DNA of 64,000 bases from Chitinophagales bacterium (GCA_018401955.1 JAGYJT010000006.1:10351-74350), one strand, 5' to 3'; counted from the first letter of the stretch, positions 10,622-21,381 are shown. Numbers and translations are program-made. The notes: a model not told the origin generated them from the sequence alone.

Positions 10622-10720
10622 ATGATACTCAATCTGTTTTTAGCCATTTTTGCTTTTGCCGCTATTATGGCGTTGATTATTAAGTTCTTGCCCAGCCAAG
10701 AGGAAGACGAGAATAAGTAA
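10622..10720 (+). CDS. Putative 32-aa single-pass membrane protein (not in ORF track)
   Basis: MILNLFLAIFAFAAIMALIIKFLPSQEEDENK*: 20-aa hydrophobic helix plus charged tail, AT-rich upstream. Confidence 0.55.
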   Translation: MILNLFLAIFAFAAIMALIIKFLPSQEEDENK

Positions 10721-10816
10721 ATAACTGATAAAAGTGGGTTGAAAACCACTCAAACCTCAAATATTTATTTTCATATCTCGGCATAAGTTTGTAGTTTTCT
10801 GCTACACTATTTTACT

Positions 10817-12556
10817 ATGCTACACATACGATTCATGATTATTGCTTGCCTATTTTTAGCAGCAGGCAATTGTGTTTATGCACAGAGCAGTCCCTTTTTA
10901 AATACTTCAGCCAAACAACGTGAGCAGCCTAAGGTGCGGCCGGGTCAATTGTTGGTTAGCCTTAATGAAGGCGTGGATGCCAACCAGCTATTGGGAGCAA
11001 ACGAAGCCTTGGTTGAGAGTTATGGTCTCTCCGTTATTAAGCAGGTTTCTAAAACCATGAACATTTGGCTAATTGGCCACAGCTTGAATGTATCTTCAAG
11101 CGAAGTGCTAGAAGCGTTTTACCGTTTGCCTGAAGTAGCCGTGGCGCAGTTTAACCACGTTATAAAAAAACGGAATGACACTGTTAGACCCAATGATAAT
11201 TTATACAACTTGCAATGGCAATATAATAATACGGGCGGTAATGGCGGTGTAGCAGGAGCCGATATTAGTGCTGAGCTAGCATGGTATATTACCACTGGCG
11301 GCGTTACACCTAATGGCGATACTATCGTGGTAGCCATTATTGATGATGGGTTGGATACTACCTTGGTGGATATGGCACCTAACTGGTGGAAAAACCTTAA
11401 CGAAGTACCCAATAACGGTATTGATGATGATGGAAATGGTTTTATTGACGATTATAGAGGGTGGAACGCTTACGATGGCAATGATGTAATCTATAGTGCA
11501 TTTTCATGGGAAGCAGGTGGTTGGCATGGTAGCCCGGTAGCTGGTATTGTTGGTGCTAAAGGTAACGATGGTGTTGGGGTAACGGGCGTAAACTGGAACG
11601 TAAAGCTCATGATTATTGCTGGGGGCGGCGATGAAGCCGATGCCCTTGAAGCATATGAGTATGCATTGCAAAACCGTAAGCTATATAATGCCACATTTGG
11701 AGCCAAAGGCGCTTACGTAGTATCTACAAATGCTTCGTGGGGTATTGACGGCATTTTTTATACTGATGCACCTTTATGGTGTAGTTTTTATGATTCGTTG
11801 GGGGCGGCAGGTATATTGAACGCAGGAGCTACTGTAAACGACAACTGGGATGTTGAGGTTTTAGGCGATATGCCTACAAGTTGCCCTAGCGACTATTTGG
11901 TTGCGGTAACTAATACTAAGCGCAACGACGAAAAAGAAACTTTTGCGGGCTATGGTGAAATAAGTATTGACCTTGGTGCCCCTGGCGAAGACGCCTATAA
12001 CGTTGATGTGTATAGTGATTATGGTGCTTTTGGGGGTACATCGGGCGCTACGCCCCACGTGGCTGGTGCTATTGCATTGCTGCACTCAGTGCCCAACCAA
12101 GAGTTTGCTGACTATACAGCCATGCACCCAGATAGCGCGGCCGTATGGGTAAAACGCTTTATTTTGGAAGGGGTTGATAGCAATGCTAGCTTACAAAACA
12201 AAAGTGTTACTGGCGGTAGGCTCAACCTCTTTGGGGCTATCGAAAAAATGTACGAGTATTTTCCTGATTTGCCTTTGGATACTACCCCAACTGTTGGCAT
12301 CAATAATGTTGTATTAGAGGGCGTAAGTGTTTACCCCAACCCCGCAAGCGCTGAGGTTATTGTTGAGTTACCATATAGCGATGTAGTGAGTATTAAGGTT
12401 ATAGGATTGGACGGTAAAGTTGCTGTAGATATATTTACCGCTTCGCCAATGCGCTTTCACCACATCAATATTGAACCGTTGGCTTTGGGTGTATATGTTT
12501 TGCAAATTGAAAACACCAGCGGCGCAAAAGCATATCAGAGGATTATGAAAAATTAA
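10817..12556 (+). CDS. S8 (subtilisin-like) serine peptidase with T9SS CTD
   Basis: Catalytic triad IIDDG / WHGSPVAG / GTSGATPHVAG; NGIDDDGNGFIDD Ca loop; VYPNP CTD. Confidence 0.93.
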   Translation: MLHIRFMIIACLFLAAGNCVYAQSSPFLNTSAKQREQPKVRPGQLLVSLNEGVDANQLLGANEALVESYGLSVIKQVSKTMNIWLIGHSLNVSSSEVLEAFYRLPEVAVAQFNHVIKKRNDTVRPNDNLYNLQWQYNNTGGNGGVAGADISAELAWYITTGGVTPNGDTIVVAIIDDGLDTTLVDMAPNWWKNLNEVPNNGIDDDGNGFIDDYRGWNAYDGNDVIYSAFSWEAGGWHGSPVAGIVGAKGNDGVGVTGVNWNVKLMIIAGGGDEADALEAYEYALQNRKLYNATFGAKGAYVVSTNASWGIDGIFYTDAPLWCSFYDSLGAAGILNAGATVNDNWDVEVLGDMPTSCPSDYLVAVTNTKRNDEKETFAGYGEISIDLGAPGEDAYNVDVYSDYGAFGGTSGATPHVAGAIALLHSVPNQEFADYTAMHPDSAAVWVKRFILEGVDSNASLQNKSVTGGRLNLFGAIEKMYEYFPDLPLDTTPTVGINNVVLEGVSVYPNPASAEVIVELPYSDVVSIKVIGLDGKVAVDIFTASPMRFHHINIEPLALGVYVLQIENTSGAKAYQRIMKN

Positions 12557-12630
12557 CGGGTACGTTTTTTTTAAGTTTAAAGTTGCTGTATACTATCTGC
12601 TGTGGACCGTGGACATCAACCAATTTTCCT

Positions 12631-12638
12631 TAACTTTG
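12631..12638 (+). promoter_or_regulatory. Bacteroidota -7 box
   Basis: TAACTTTG 21 nt before the ATG at 12660. Confidence 0.6.
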
Positions 12639-12659
12639 TTTTAATAAAAAAGCGAAGCT

Positions 12660-13871
12660 ATGGCTACGGATACGATAGAGCACCAAAAGAAAGCGTTTAA
12701 CGATTTATATCAGCACCATGACTATTACGGTGTGGATGATTTGCTTACCGATGAGCACAAATTGATTCGTGACACGGTGCGTAGCTTCGTTAAAAAGGAA
12801 GTAACCCCGATAATAGACGATTACGCCCAACGTGCTGACTTTCCGAAGCACTTGATTAAGGGTTTAGGCGAAATTGGTGCCTTTGGGCCGCATATACCCA
12901 CTGAGTATGGTGGCGGGGGCATGGATGAGATATCGTATGGTATCATTATGCAAGAGATAGAACGAGGTGATTCCGGTATTCGTTCTACCGCTTCGGTACA
13001 AGGCTCTTTGGTAATGTACCCTATCTATAAGTTTGCCAGCGAAGCACAAAAACACAAGTGGTTGCCTAAATTGGCAACAGGTGAACTTATGGGCTGTTTC
13101 GGCCTTACCGAGCCTAACCACGGTAGTAACCCATCGGGCATGGAGACCAACATTAAAGATGCTGGCGACCAAGTGATATTAAACGGTGCTAAAATGTGGA
13201 TTAGCAATGCCCCGTTTGCCGATATAGCAGTGGTGTGGGCCAAAAACGAGGAAGGTCGCATACGTGGTATGGTGGTTGAGCGCGGTATGGAAGGGTTTAG
13301 TACCCCAACTACACACAATAAATGGTCGCTTAGGGCATCAGCAACCGGTGAGTTGGTGTTTGATAACGTGAAGGTGCCAAAAGAGAATGTTTTTCCAGAA
13401 GTAGAAGGCTTACGCGGACCCCTTACTTGTCTTTCATCTGCACGCTATGGTATCTCTTGGGGCGCTATTGGTGCAGCCTTGGATTGCTACGATACTGCAC
13501 TACGTTATGCTAAAGAGCGTGTTCAGTTTGGTAAGCCTATTGCAGGTTTCCAGCTTACGCAAAAAAAGTTGGCTGAGATGATTACCGAAATTACTAAAGC
13601 ACAGCTATTGGCTTGGCGCTTGGGTACTTTAAAAAATGAAGGGAAAGCCACCCCAGCGCAAATAAGCATGGCTAAGCGCAACAACGTGGATATGGCCATC
13701 AATATAGCCCGTGAGTCGCGCCAAATACTTGGCGGCATGGGTATCAGTGGCGACTATAGCATTATGCGCCACAGCATGAACCTTGAATCTGTAATCACCT
13801 ACGAAGGTACACACGATATTCACCTGCTTATTACAGGGCAGGATATTACTGGATTGAATGCTTTTGGTTGA
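12660..13871 (+). CDS. gcdH: Acyl-CoA dehydrogenase, glutaryl-CoA dehydrogenase type
   Basis: GCFGLTEPNHGSNP, ERVQFGKPIAGFQL, LESVITYEGTHDIH. Confidence 0.88.
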   Translation: MATDTIEHQKKAFNDLYQHHDYYGVDDLLTDEHKLIRDTVRSFVKKEVTPIIDDYAQRADFPKHLIKGLGEIGAFGPHIPTEYGGGGMDEISYGIIMQEIERGDSGIRSTASVQGSLVMYPIYKFASEAQKHKWLPKLATGELMGCFGLTEPNHGSNPSGMETNIKDAGDQVILNGAKMWISNAPFADIAVVWAKNEEGRIRGMVVERGMEGFSTPTTHNKWSLRASATGELVFDNVKVPKENVFPEVEGLRGPLTCLSSARYGISWGAIGAALDCYDTALRYAKERVQFGKPIAGFQLTQKKLAEMITEITKAQLLAWRLGTLKNEGKATPAQISMAKRNNVDMAINIARESRQILGGMGISGDYSIMRHSMNLESVITYEGTHDIHLLITGQDITGLNAFG

Positions 13872-14037
13872 GCTTGGTTATTGGATGACTAGTTAACTGG
13901 TTATTGGTATAGTATGTAAGCCCATCTCCCCATGGGAGAGGTTGGGAGAGGGAAATGTGCGGGTGGTAAAGTTCTGCTTGCAAAAGCCACTGTTGCGGAG
14001 AATTTCGCTGTACCCAAAGCAACCTACAGAGATGCCC

Positions 14038-14082
14038 AAAACAAAAGCCGCCGCATGAAATTCATGCAGCGGCTTTTGTTTT
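14038..14082. terminator. Bidirectional intrinsic terminator
   Basis: AAAACAAAAGCCGC...GCGGCTTTTGTTTT between convergent genes. Confidence 0.8.
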
Positions 14083-14103
14083 ATAATTATATGTTATATA
14101 TTG

Positions 14104-16893
14104 CTACTTCCTAGCCCCAACTAACTTAAAGTTATCAACGGTAACTTTGGTGTATATCGTTTGGCAGAAAAAACCAAAAGTAGTACCGGCAATGCGCGGT
14201 AGGTTTTGGTTGCTAATGAGTTTGGTGCCGTTTACATATACATTTACGCTACTGCCTTTCTTCTCCACTTTAATGGTATTGCTCTGTCCCGAACGGGTAT
14301 TAATAGCGCTGCTTTTTGAGTACTCTACAATCGTTTTCCAATCGCCGCCGCCATACTTCTTCAGTGCAAGATAGCCACCATCGGTATCAAGCAACACTCG
14401 ATAACTATCGCCGCTACCTTTACCGCCAAAAACCAAACCATGCGGGTCGGTAGTACCGCTAATGCTAAACTCTGCTTCTACGGTATAATCTTCCATAGAG
14501 TTTAGGTCATCAAAGTCTTGAGTGTAGCTAGAGCCAATGTCTTTTGACAGGTAATAAACCAACTTACCATTGGCAATGTAAATTTCACGATTGCTATCAG
14601 AGAACTTCTTTTTATCAGGAAAAAAGTAACTGCTGCTGTAACTACTAAAATTATCGATGTAAGTGACTTTACCTAAACCGTTTTCCTTTAACAACGATTT
14701 GATGCTGGTAGTTTTGGCCAAATCATAGGCATCACGGCCATTAGATGCTGTAATGGTTACGTCGGCCTTATTATCTATTAGGTATTTTACAACATCGTAG
14801 TGGCCATTGCTTGCGGCCTCTAACACTGGTGTTAGTTTGTAGGAGCCTTGCCTAATGTTTTTATTGGCGCCTTTGCCTACCATATACTTAACAACATCTA
14901 GCTTACCCGCGGAAGCCGCAGCGCCTAGCGGGCTCCAGCCATCGTTGCTTTTGGTGCTTGAGTCATACTCTTGGTCGTTTACGGGCACGTTACAGCTTTC
15001 GATAAAATACTTTAATATGTCGAGTTTGCCCATACCTGCAGCCAACACACTAGGACTGCCATAACTAGCAGAGCCAATAACGAGGTTGCCACTCTTATCG
15101 GTGCATTTAGCACCTGCCGATACCAAGTCCTTTACTAATTGTAGGTTGCCATTTTTTACCGCCAAAAACAACACAGGGGTTTTACCATCATGTGCACTAG
15201 GGTCGGCACCTGCTTTTAGGGCCGCGCTTACCTCGGCAGCCGAGCCATTTTTAACACCCGCAATAAGTTGGGCATTTACTGCGGCAAGTTTAATGGCTTT
15301 TTCTTGGCGGCTAGCTTCGTCAAACTTACCTTGTGCTACTTCATCACCAGCTTTAAAGCTGAGCGCGTTTTCATAGGCCATACGGGCATTTTCATAATCT
15401 TTAGCTGCCAAATAGTTATCACCTTTGTCAAGCTCAATAAAATACTTTGCCTCTGCGGCTTTATCGGTAGCTTCCTTATCATCAGGTATAAAGGTAAGGG
15501 CCAGCTCATATTTTGCTATCGCATCTCCATATTTCTTCTCTTCCAGCAGCTTATTACCTTCATCATAAGCAGCAGTATATTTTTCCTTGATTTTTTCCTC
15601 AACTGATTCCAGTCCCGATTTTGCAATGGCATCATCAGGATATATTTCGAGTGCAGCCAAGTAAGCCTCTTTTGCATCAGCATACTTATCGCCTGCCAAT
15701 GCGGTGTTGGCTTTGTTTATTGAGGTATCGTACTGTGCCTTAAGGTTAGCAGCTTTTTGTTGTTGCATAAAAAAGTAACCGCCGGCACCGGCCAGTAGCA
15801 GCACCACTACAACAATAGCTGCAATAAGTGGTGTTTTACTCTTCCTTTTGGTTGCTGTCGGCGAAAAATCGGCCCTAGTAGCATTGGGGTCAATCGGCTT
15901 TGAAGCGGGTGGGGCAGGGGTTGGTTCGGCTACATTTCTCGAGTTGTTAGGCGTATCAATTGCCGAAATAGAGGGGATGCTATCCAACCTTTCGGTTTGT
16001 CGGCCGCTAGAAGCAAAGGCTGGGGCATCGTCTTGGGCAGCACTGTCATCTTTTACAAAACTAATGTCCCACTTACCAGTTGTTAAATAAGCTCTTGCGC
16101 TGCTGGCTAGCTCTGCTGCCGAAGGGCGGTTTTGCATACGCAACGACAAGCAAGCCTGTATTAGTTTTGCCAGCTCGGGGCTAAATTTGTCGCTAATTAA
16201 TGGAGGTTTTGAGCCAGATAGCAACGATACGCCGCCCGAACCCATCCATGGCACATCGCCTTCGCAAAGCTCGTACAACATTACGCCCATTGAAAACACA
16301 TCACCTGCGGTGGTATTTTGCGGGTTTTGGTCAAACCTTTCCGGCGGTGCATAGGCTACGGTTAGGGCCCCGCTCATGGTAGTGGCCTTACGTAAGGTGC
16401 TGCGCATGCGGCTGCTTATGCCAAAATCGGTAAGTAGGTAGTTGTTGTCATTATCAATAAGTATGTTATCGGGCTTAATGTCTTGGTGCACAATATCTTT
16501 GCTGTGCAAATACGATAAGCCGTCGCCCACTTGGGCCAGTATTTGTGCTATTTCTTTCTCGCCAAGCACCTGGTGCTCCATTAGCTTATTGCCTACAGAG
16601 CCTTTGGAGCAGTATGGCATTACCAAAAACGGTGAGCCATCAGCAATGTCAAAATAAGAGGCTTTAAGTAAGTTTGGATGATTTAATGGTTGGGTAAGCG
16701 AATACTCCCTACGAAACTGCTTTAGGCCATATTCATCCAATCCTTTTTCTGGGGCATATATTTTAACAGCTACTACGGTGCCTTCGGTCATTTCATCTTC
16801 AGCCTGCCATACTTCCGAAAATCCGCCGATACCTAGTTTGCGCGTTAATTTATACCTTCCTCCAAAAACATCATCCTTTGCGAAATTACCCAT
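14104..16893 (-). CDS. Hanks-type Ser/Thr kinase with TM helix, TPR, ankyrin repeats and C-terminal ConA/LamG-like domain
   Basis: LGIGGFSEV, VAVK, HQDIKPDN, TDFG, YAPPE; TM LIAAIVVVVLLLAGAGG; TPR-like YxxAL repeats; ankyrin TPVLEAASNGHYDVVKYL. Confidence 0.9.
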   Translation of the reverse strand: MGNFAKDDVFGGRYKLTRKLGIGGFSEVWQAEDEMTEGTVVAVKIYAPEKGLDEYGLKQFRREYSLTQPLNHPNLLKASYFDIADGSPFLVMPYCSKGSVGNKLMEHQVLGEKEIAQILAQVGDGLSYLHSKDIVHQDIKPDNILIDNDNNYLLTDFGISSRMRSTLRKATTMSGALTVAYAPPERFDQNPQNTTAGDVFSMGVMLYELCEGDVPWMGSGGVSLLSGSKPPLISDKFSPELAKLIQACLSLRMQNRPSAAELASSARAYLTTGKWDISFVKDDSAAQDDAPAFASSGRQTERLDSIPSISAIDTPNNSRNVAEPTPAPPASKPIDPNATRADFSPTATKRKSKTPLIAAIVVVVLLLAGAGGYFFMQQQKAANLKAQYDTSINKANTALAGDKYADAKEAYLAALEIYPDDAIAKSGLESVEEKIKEKYTAAYDEGNKLLEEKKYGDAIAKYELALTFIPDDKEATDKAAEAKYFIELDKGDNYLAAKDYENARMAYENALSFKAGDEVAQGKFDEASRQEKAIKLAAVNAQLIAGVKNGSAAEVSAALKAGADPSAHDGKTPVLFLAVKNGNLQLVKDLVSAGAKCTDKSGNLVIGSASYGSPSVLAAGMGKLDILKYFIESCNVPVNDQEYDSSTKSNDGWSPLGAAASAGKLDVVKYMVGKGANKNIRQGSYKLTPVLEAASNGHYDVVKYLIDNKADVTITASNGRDAYDLAKTTSIKSLLKENGLGKVTYIDNFSSYSSSYFFPDKKKFSDSNREIYIANGKLVYYLSKDIGSSYTQDFDDLNSMEDYTVEAEFSISGTTDPHGLVFGGKGSGDSYRVLLDTDGGYLALKKYGGGDWKTIVEYSKSSAINTRSGQSNTIKVEKKGSSVNVYVNGTKLISNQNLPRIAGTTFGFFCQTIYTKVTVDNFKLVGARK

Positions 16894-17179
16894 GTTAGTT
16901 GCTGTAGTTATTAGCGTATGCTTGGTTCATTAAGTTGATTGTAACAAATTTAACCATTCGCACACGGAATATATTATTTTGCAACCGTAAAATTACCATT
17001 TAAAATATCCATGTATACCCGTGTTACTAGGTATTTTGTTAAAGCAAGTTACAATACTAAGCAGATACCTTAACTTATATTTTGTAGCATAGCCAACATC
17101 CGTCCACAAATAAAAATAGCCACAACCATATTGGGTTGGGGCTTGCAGCAGTGGTTGTTTACTGTTTGATGTATGGCAA

Positions 17180-17218
17180 CGACAATAGCCGCTCCTTTAT
17201 GGGAAACGGCTATTGTCG
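17180..17218. terminator. Strong hairpin, probable 3' end of the minus-strand transcript
   Basis: CGACAATAGCCG / CGGCTATTGTCG 12-bp stem; weak U tail. Confidence 0.5.
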
Positions 17219-17248
17219 CTCAAAACCAACCTCTGTTTTCTCCTCAAT

Positions 17249-17313
17249 ATCACTCTTCACATCGTTCTTCCACGATCGTTCTTCACAGTTCCTATCCCCT
17301 CATCACTCTTCAC
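17249..17313. repeat. Four ~12-bp direct repeats ATC(AC/GT)TCTTCAC
   Basis: Copies at 17249, 17261, 17275, 17302. Confidence 0.75.
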
Positions 17314-17347
17314 AATCAGCAGGGGCCGGTTTTATTTGCTTAAGCCG

Positions 17348-18256
17348 TTATCGGCCGGCCAATGTACCATTGCCTATTTCAACGGCAGGTATCATTTTTA
17401 CCGATCCATCATTATTTGTCAAAGTCATTCTATAAAATACTTTGCTTGAAGCAGTTAATTCCAAATCGCTGTAGCGGAAAGCTTGCGAAGCATCATCAAT
17501 GCTGCTGCCTTCTACCGATGCGATGGTAGTAAAATTTACGCCGTCTTCGCTCTTTTCGATTTCGTATTTGTTAAATTTCTTGTTCTCGCTATTCAATAAA
17601 CTCAATACTACTTGCTCTTTGCGGATACTGGCAGTAAGATATACTTCGCTAAAGATGCGCGCACCACAAAAACTCACAAAAGTAGAGTCAATGCTGCCAC
17701 CATCTACATTCATAAAGTTAGCTGAGCAAACATCAATATTGCCTTGTATTTGGCCCGACTTGCTGTTTACAAATTTGCTGTTGGCAATCATTTGGCCGCC
17801 GTTGCCGCTAATAGTACCCACATTATCAAGAATGTTGCCCACTACCATGCTTTGGTTATTGTATACCTTGCCGGTATTGATAAAATCTTTGGCGGTTTCC
17901 AATATGTTTTTGTTAAATAAAGTACCACGGTTGGTAATGGCATCAACAATGGTCATGCCGTTGTTCACCATTAACCCTTCATCCATGATAATAAGGTTTT
18001 TGCTGCCGGTAAAACGCGCTTGGTTTTTAACGAAAATAGCACCTTTAACCACCAAGTCAACATTCATATTGATGTTGCCCGATAGCAAAACGGTATCACC
18101 CTCAAAAATAACATTGCCCTGGTAGCCATCGCTCCAAAGCTTAGTATCATTGTAGTTGCCATTACCGTTTATGGTGTGTGTAGTAGCCGATGCCGAAAAG
18201 CTAAGGCTTAGCAAAGCAGCTAGTACCAGTCCTATTAACTGAAACTTAGTGACCAT
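17348..18256 (-). CDS. Secreted hypothetical protein (Asn/Gly-rich beta-helix-like region plus Ig-like domain)
   Basis: Signal peptide from MVTKFQLIG (likelier start than 18310); NxG repeats; SENKKF..YEIEKSEDGVNF..YSD..FYRM domain typical of Bacteroidota secreted proteins. Confidence 0.75.
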   Translation of the reverse strand: MVTKFQLIGLVLAALLSLSFSASATTHTINGNGNYNDTKLWSDGYQGNVIFEGDTVLLSGNINMNVDLVVKGAIFVKNQARFTGSKNLIIMDEGLMVNNGMTIVDAITNRGTLFNKNILETAKDFINTGKVYNNQSMVVGNILDNVGTISGNGGQMIANSKFVNSKSGQIQGNIDVCSANFMNVDGGSIDSTFVSFCGARIFSEVYLTASIRKEQVVLSLLNSENKKFNKYEIEKSEDGVNFTTIASVEGSSIDDASQAFRYSDLELTASSKVFYRMTLTNNDGSVKMIPAVEIGNGTLAGR

Positions 18257-18538
18257 GTTCTTATTTAAATTGTATCCTTTGATTGCGGTAGTAGTAAAAG
18301 TGGGAACCATAAGGTTTCGATTTTGCTGTTAGAAACTTATCCTCTTTTACGGGGCTTTGGTAAAGAAGGTTACAGGCGTATCGAAAAAAAATACAGTTGC
18401 GGTTGTAAACACTGGCTAAAGGTGTGCTAAGCAAATTATACCTAGGATTGTTAAAATTGCTTAGTTTTATGATTGTTACTAGTTCCTAAGTCGTTTTACA
18501 AATGGCACGATAAATTATAGTGCCTGTTATGTTTACCT

Positions 18539-21379
18539 ATGAAACAGCGTATAGCAATCGTAATTTTTTGGGCATTGTTGATAATCATTACAATTTGGTT
18601 TTCTTATCAGCGTGCCTCATCAAACTCATATACAGTATCAACTGGCAACGAAACTGGTATGCTAGATGCACCTTATAAAAAGGGGAGTGTAAAAAAGAAA
18701 ATACCAGGGCTGCCATCGGGTATTGGAACGCCCGAAGACCGCTATGCGCGCCTAACCTGGGAGAAAAGCAGATTGGTTAACCCAACTACAGGTTTAATAC
18801 CTGATAATATCAGGGCCAAAGAGCTAGCATTTGCCAATAAAGGCACACACAAAACCTCGGCTTCAACGGGTACTGTATGGGACCAGCGTGGCCCCAGCAA
18901 CATTGGTGGTCGCACCCGGGCTTTTGAATTTGATAATAATGATGAGAATATCATTTTGGCTGGCGGTGTTACGGGCGGTATGTTTCGCACTACCGATGCT
19001 GGGCAAACATGGACTAAGACAACCAGCGCTACGCAGCTGCACAGTGTAACCTCACTTGCGCAAGATACTCGCAATGGCAAAACCAATATTTGGTATCATG
19101 GCACAGGAGAATATTATGCAGTTATAAGCGCATCATCAGTTACTGGTAGCGGCAATGGTATATTTAAGAGCACCGATAGCGGGCAAAGCTGGCAGTTGTT
19201 GTCTTCAACCGCATCAAACACCCCTACAAACGGATACGGTAATGCCGATTTTGATTTTGTATGGGATGTGGTAGTAGACCATACGGACTATATTGACGAC
19301 GTGGTATATGCAGCGGTAATTAACGGAATATACCGCAGCCGTGACGGTGGCGCAACATGGACCGCTGTGCTAGGTGGCGACTCAACGGCACCATTGGGTA
19401 GTGCCAAAAATACAGGCATAGCCATTACCCCATCAGGGGTATTGTATGCTACCATAAGCGGCAACCGCCCCTACAGTGGCATTTGGCGCAGTACCGACCA
19501 AGGCGATAACTGGACCCAAATACGCCCTGCTAATTTTGGTAATTTTAGCAGGGTGGTTATTGCCATTACCCCGCAAGACGAAAATCGCATTTACTTTTTA
19601 GCGCTACAAAGTAATCACGCACTATGGAAGTATAACTACCTATCAGGTGATGGTAGCTTTTTTGGCGGGGCTTGGGAGAATTTATCGGCTAACTTGCCTG
19701 CTGGCCAGTGCCAATATTTTTATGATTTCGACTTTGCACCTTACGATTCGCAAGGAGGATATGATATGTGCCTTGCCATAAGCCCTGCTGATAGCAACTT
19801 GGTAATGCTAGGTGGTACAAATGTTTACCGCTCAACCGATGGGTTTTCGTCTGCTGCTAATACTGATTGGGTTGGCGGTTACCGCTGCGATGCCGTTACC
19901 CCATCAGACTATGTGTACCCCAATCACCATCCCGATCAGCATGAGTTTAAATTTTCTACAAGCAATCCAAACATATTTTATACCGCTAGCGATGGTGGTG
20001 TGCACAAAACCCTTGATATACTTAAAGACTCGGTAGATTGGATATCGTTAAACAATAGCTATTTCACTACGCAGTTTTATACTACTGCCATGGTGCCCGG
20101 CGAAACCAACAGCAATATAGTAATAGGTGGCATGCAAGATAATGGCACAGCGTTTACCAGCTCTGGTAGGGTGCAAGATCCTTGGCAATCAATTTTATAT
20201 GGCGATGGTGCTTATGCGGCTATTACCGAAGGAAAAGGAAACTATTACCTCTCTTGGCAGATAGGTAAAACTTTTAAATGCACTGTTGATGATAACGGCA
20301 CCCGCACGGGTATTACTCGCATTGATCCTCCTGGAGCATCAGGTTATCTTTTTATCAACCCTTTTATCCTCGACCCGGTAACATACAACCAAATGTACCT
20401 TGCGGCAGGCGGTTATGTTTGGCGTAACCTTGACCTTGCCTCCATCCCCATTGTGGGCGATGAGTACAACAGCACTAGTGTAGGTTGGGTCCGTTTGGAT
20501 GTATCGATTACTGGTAACCCTAACTTTGATGGTTCGGTTTCTGCACTTGGGATGAGCAAAGCCGATAACGATGTGTTGTATTACGGCACTACCGCGGGTA
20601 TACTGTTTAGGTTAGATAGCTTGCAGGGAGGCACCATAACCAAGAGTGTTATTACGGGTGCTAACTTCCCAAGTGGATATTTGGCTGCCATTAGCGTAAG
20701 CGATACCGATGCCGATGATGTATTGATTTGCATGAGTAACTATGAAATAGTTAACATTTTCCATAGCACCGATGGTGGTCAAAACTGGACTGATGTAAGC
20801 GGTAGTCTTGAAGAAAACCCTGATGGCAGCGGCAATGGCCCCGCGGTATTGTGGGTAAGCAGGTTAGAGTTGCCCGATAGCACTGTTTATTTTGCGGGTA
20901 CCTCAATAGGGCTTTATAGCACCGTTAACTTGGATGGAGCAAATACCACTTGGAGGCAAGAGGGCGAAGGCAGCATCGGCAAAGTAGTAATCAACATGAT
21001 AACTACGCGGTCATTCGACGGAAAAGTATCGGTGGCCACTCATGGCAACGGTATGTACAGTGCACGCTATAAAGATTATGTATCGGTAAGTGAAGTAGAA
21101 AAACCGAGTTTAGACGTAAGGGTTTATCCTAATCCGGCAAGCAACCAAGCGCAATTCCGTTTTGCCACTTCGGCAACCGGTTCGGTAATGTTGGATATAT
21201 ATGGCATGGATGGAAGGCACGTAAGCCAATTGCTTAAACAACAGCTGGCCGCAGGTGAGCATACTGTTAATTGGAAAGTTGATAATGCGCAAGGCAAGAG
21301 CTTGCCCGCGGGCACCTATATTGGTGTGTTGCGCATTAATAAGTCTCAGCAAACCGTTAAGCTCGTAATTACCCAATAA
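18539..21379 (+). CDS. BNR/Asp-box beta-propeller protein with T9SS/FlgD-like CTD
   Basis: GPSNIGGRTRA, repeated S-x-D-x-G-x-x-W boxes, HPDQH, GGMQDNG, ATHGNG, VYPNP. Confidence 0.88.
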   Translation: MKQRIAIVIFWALLIIITIWFSYQRASSNSYTVSTGNETGMLDAPYKKGSVKKKIPGLPSGIGTPEDRYARLTWEKSRLVNPTTGLIPDNIRAKELAFANKGTHKTSASTGTVWDQRGPSNIGGRTRAFEFDNNDENIILAGGVTGGMFRTTDAGQTWTKTTSATQLHSVTSLAQDTRNGKTNIWYHGTGEYYAVISASSVTGSGNGIFKSTDSGQSWQLLSSTASNTPTNGYGNADFDFVWDVVVDHTDYIDDVVYAAVINGIYRSRDGGATWTAVLGGDSTAPLGSAKNTGIAITPSGVLYATISGNRPYSGIWRSTDQGDNWTQIRPANFGNFSRVVIAITPQDENRIYFLALQSNHALWKYNYLSGDGSFFGGAWENLSANLPAGQCQYFYDFDFAPYDSQGGYDMCLAISPADSNLVMLGGTNVYRSTDGFSSAANTDWVGGYRCDAVTPSDYVYPNHHPDQHEFKFSTSNPNIFYTASDGGVHKTLDILKDSVDWISLNNSYFTTQFYTTAMVPGETNSNIVIGGMQDNGTAFTSSGRVQDPWQSILYGDGAYAAITEGKGNYYLSWQIGKTFKCTVDDNGTRTGITRIDPPGASGYLFINPFILDPVTYNQMYLAAGGYVWRNLDLASIPIVGDEYNSTSVGWVRLDVSITGNPNFDGSVSALGMSKADNDVLYYGTTAGILFRLDSLQGGTITKSVITGANFPSGYLAAISVSDTDADDVLICMSNYEIVNIFHSTDGGQNWTDVSGSLEENPDGSGNGPAVLWVSRLELPDSTVYFAGTSIGLYSTVNLDGANTTWRQEGEGSIGKVVINMITTRSFDGKVSVATHGNGMYSARYKDYVSVSEVEKPSLDVRVYPNPASNQAQFRFATSATGSVMLDIYGMDGRHVSQLLKQQLAAGEHTVNWKVDNAQGKSLPAGTYIGVLRINKSQQTVKLVITQ

Positions 21380-21381
21380 CT

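Noticed and set aside
17499-18125. 208-aa plus-strand ORF
   Set aside because: Antisense shadow of the secreted protein gene on the minus strand.
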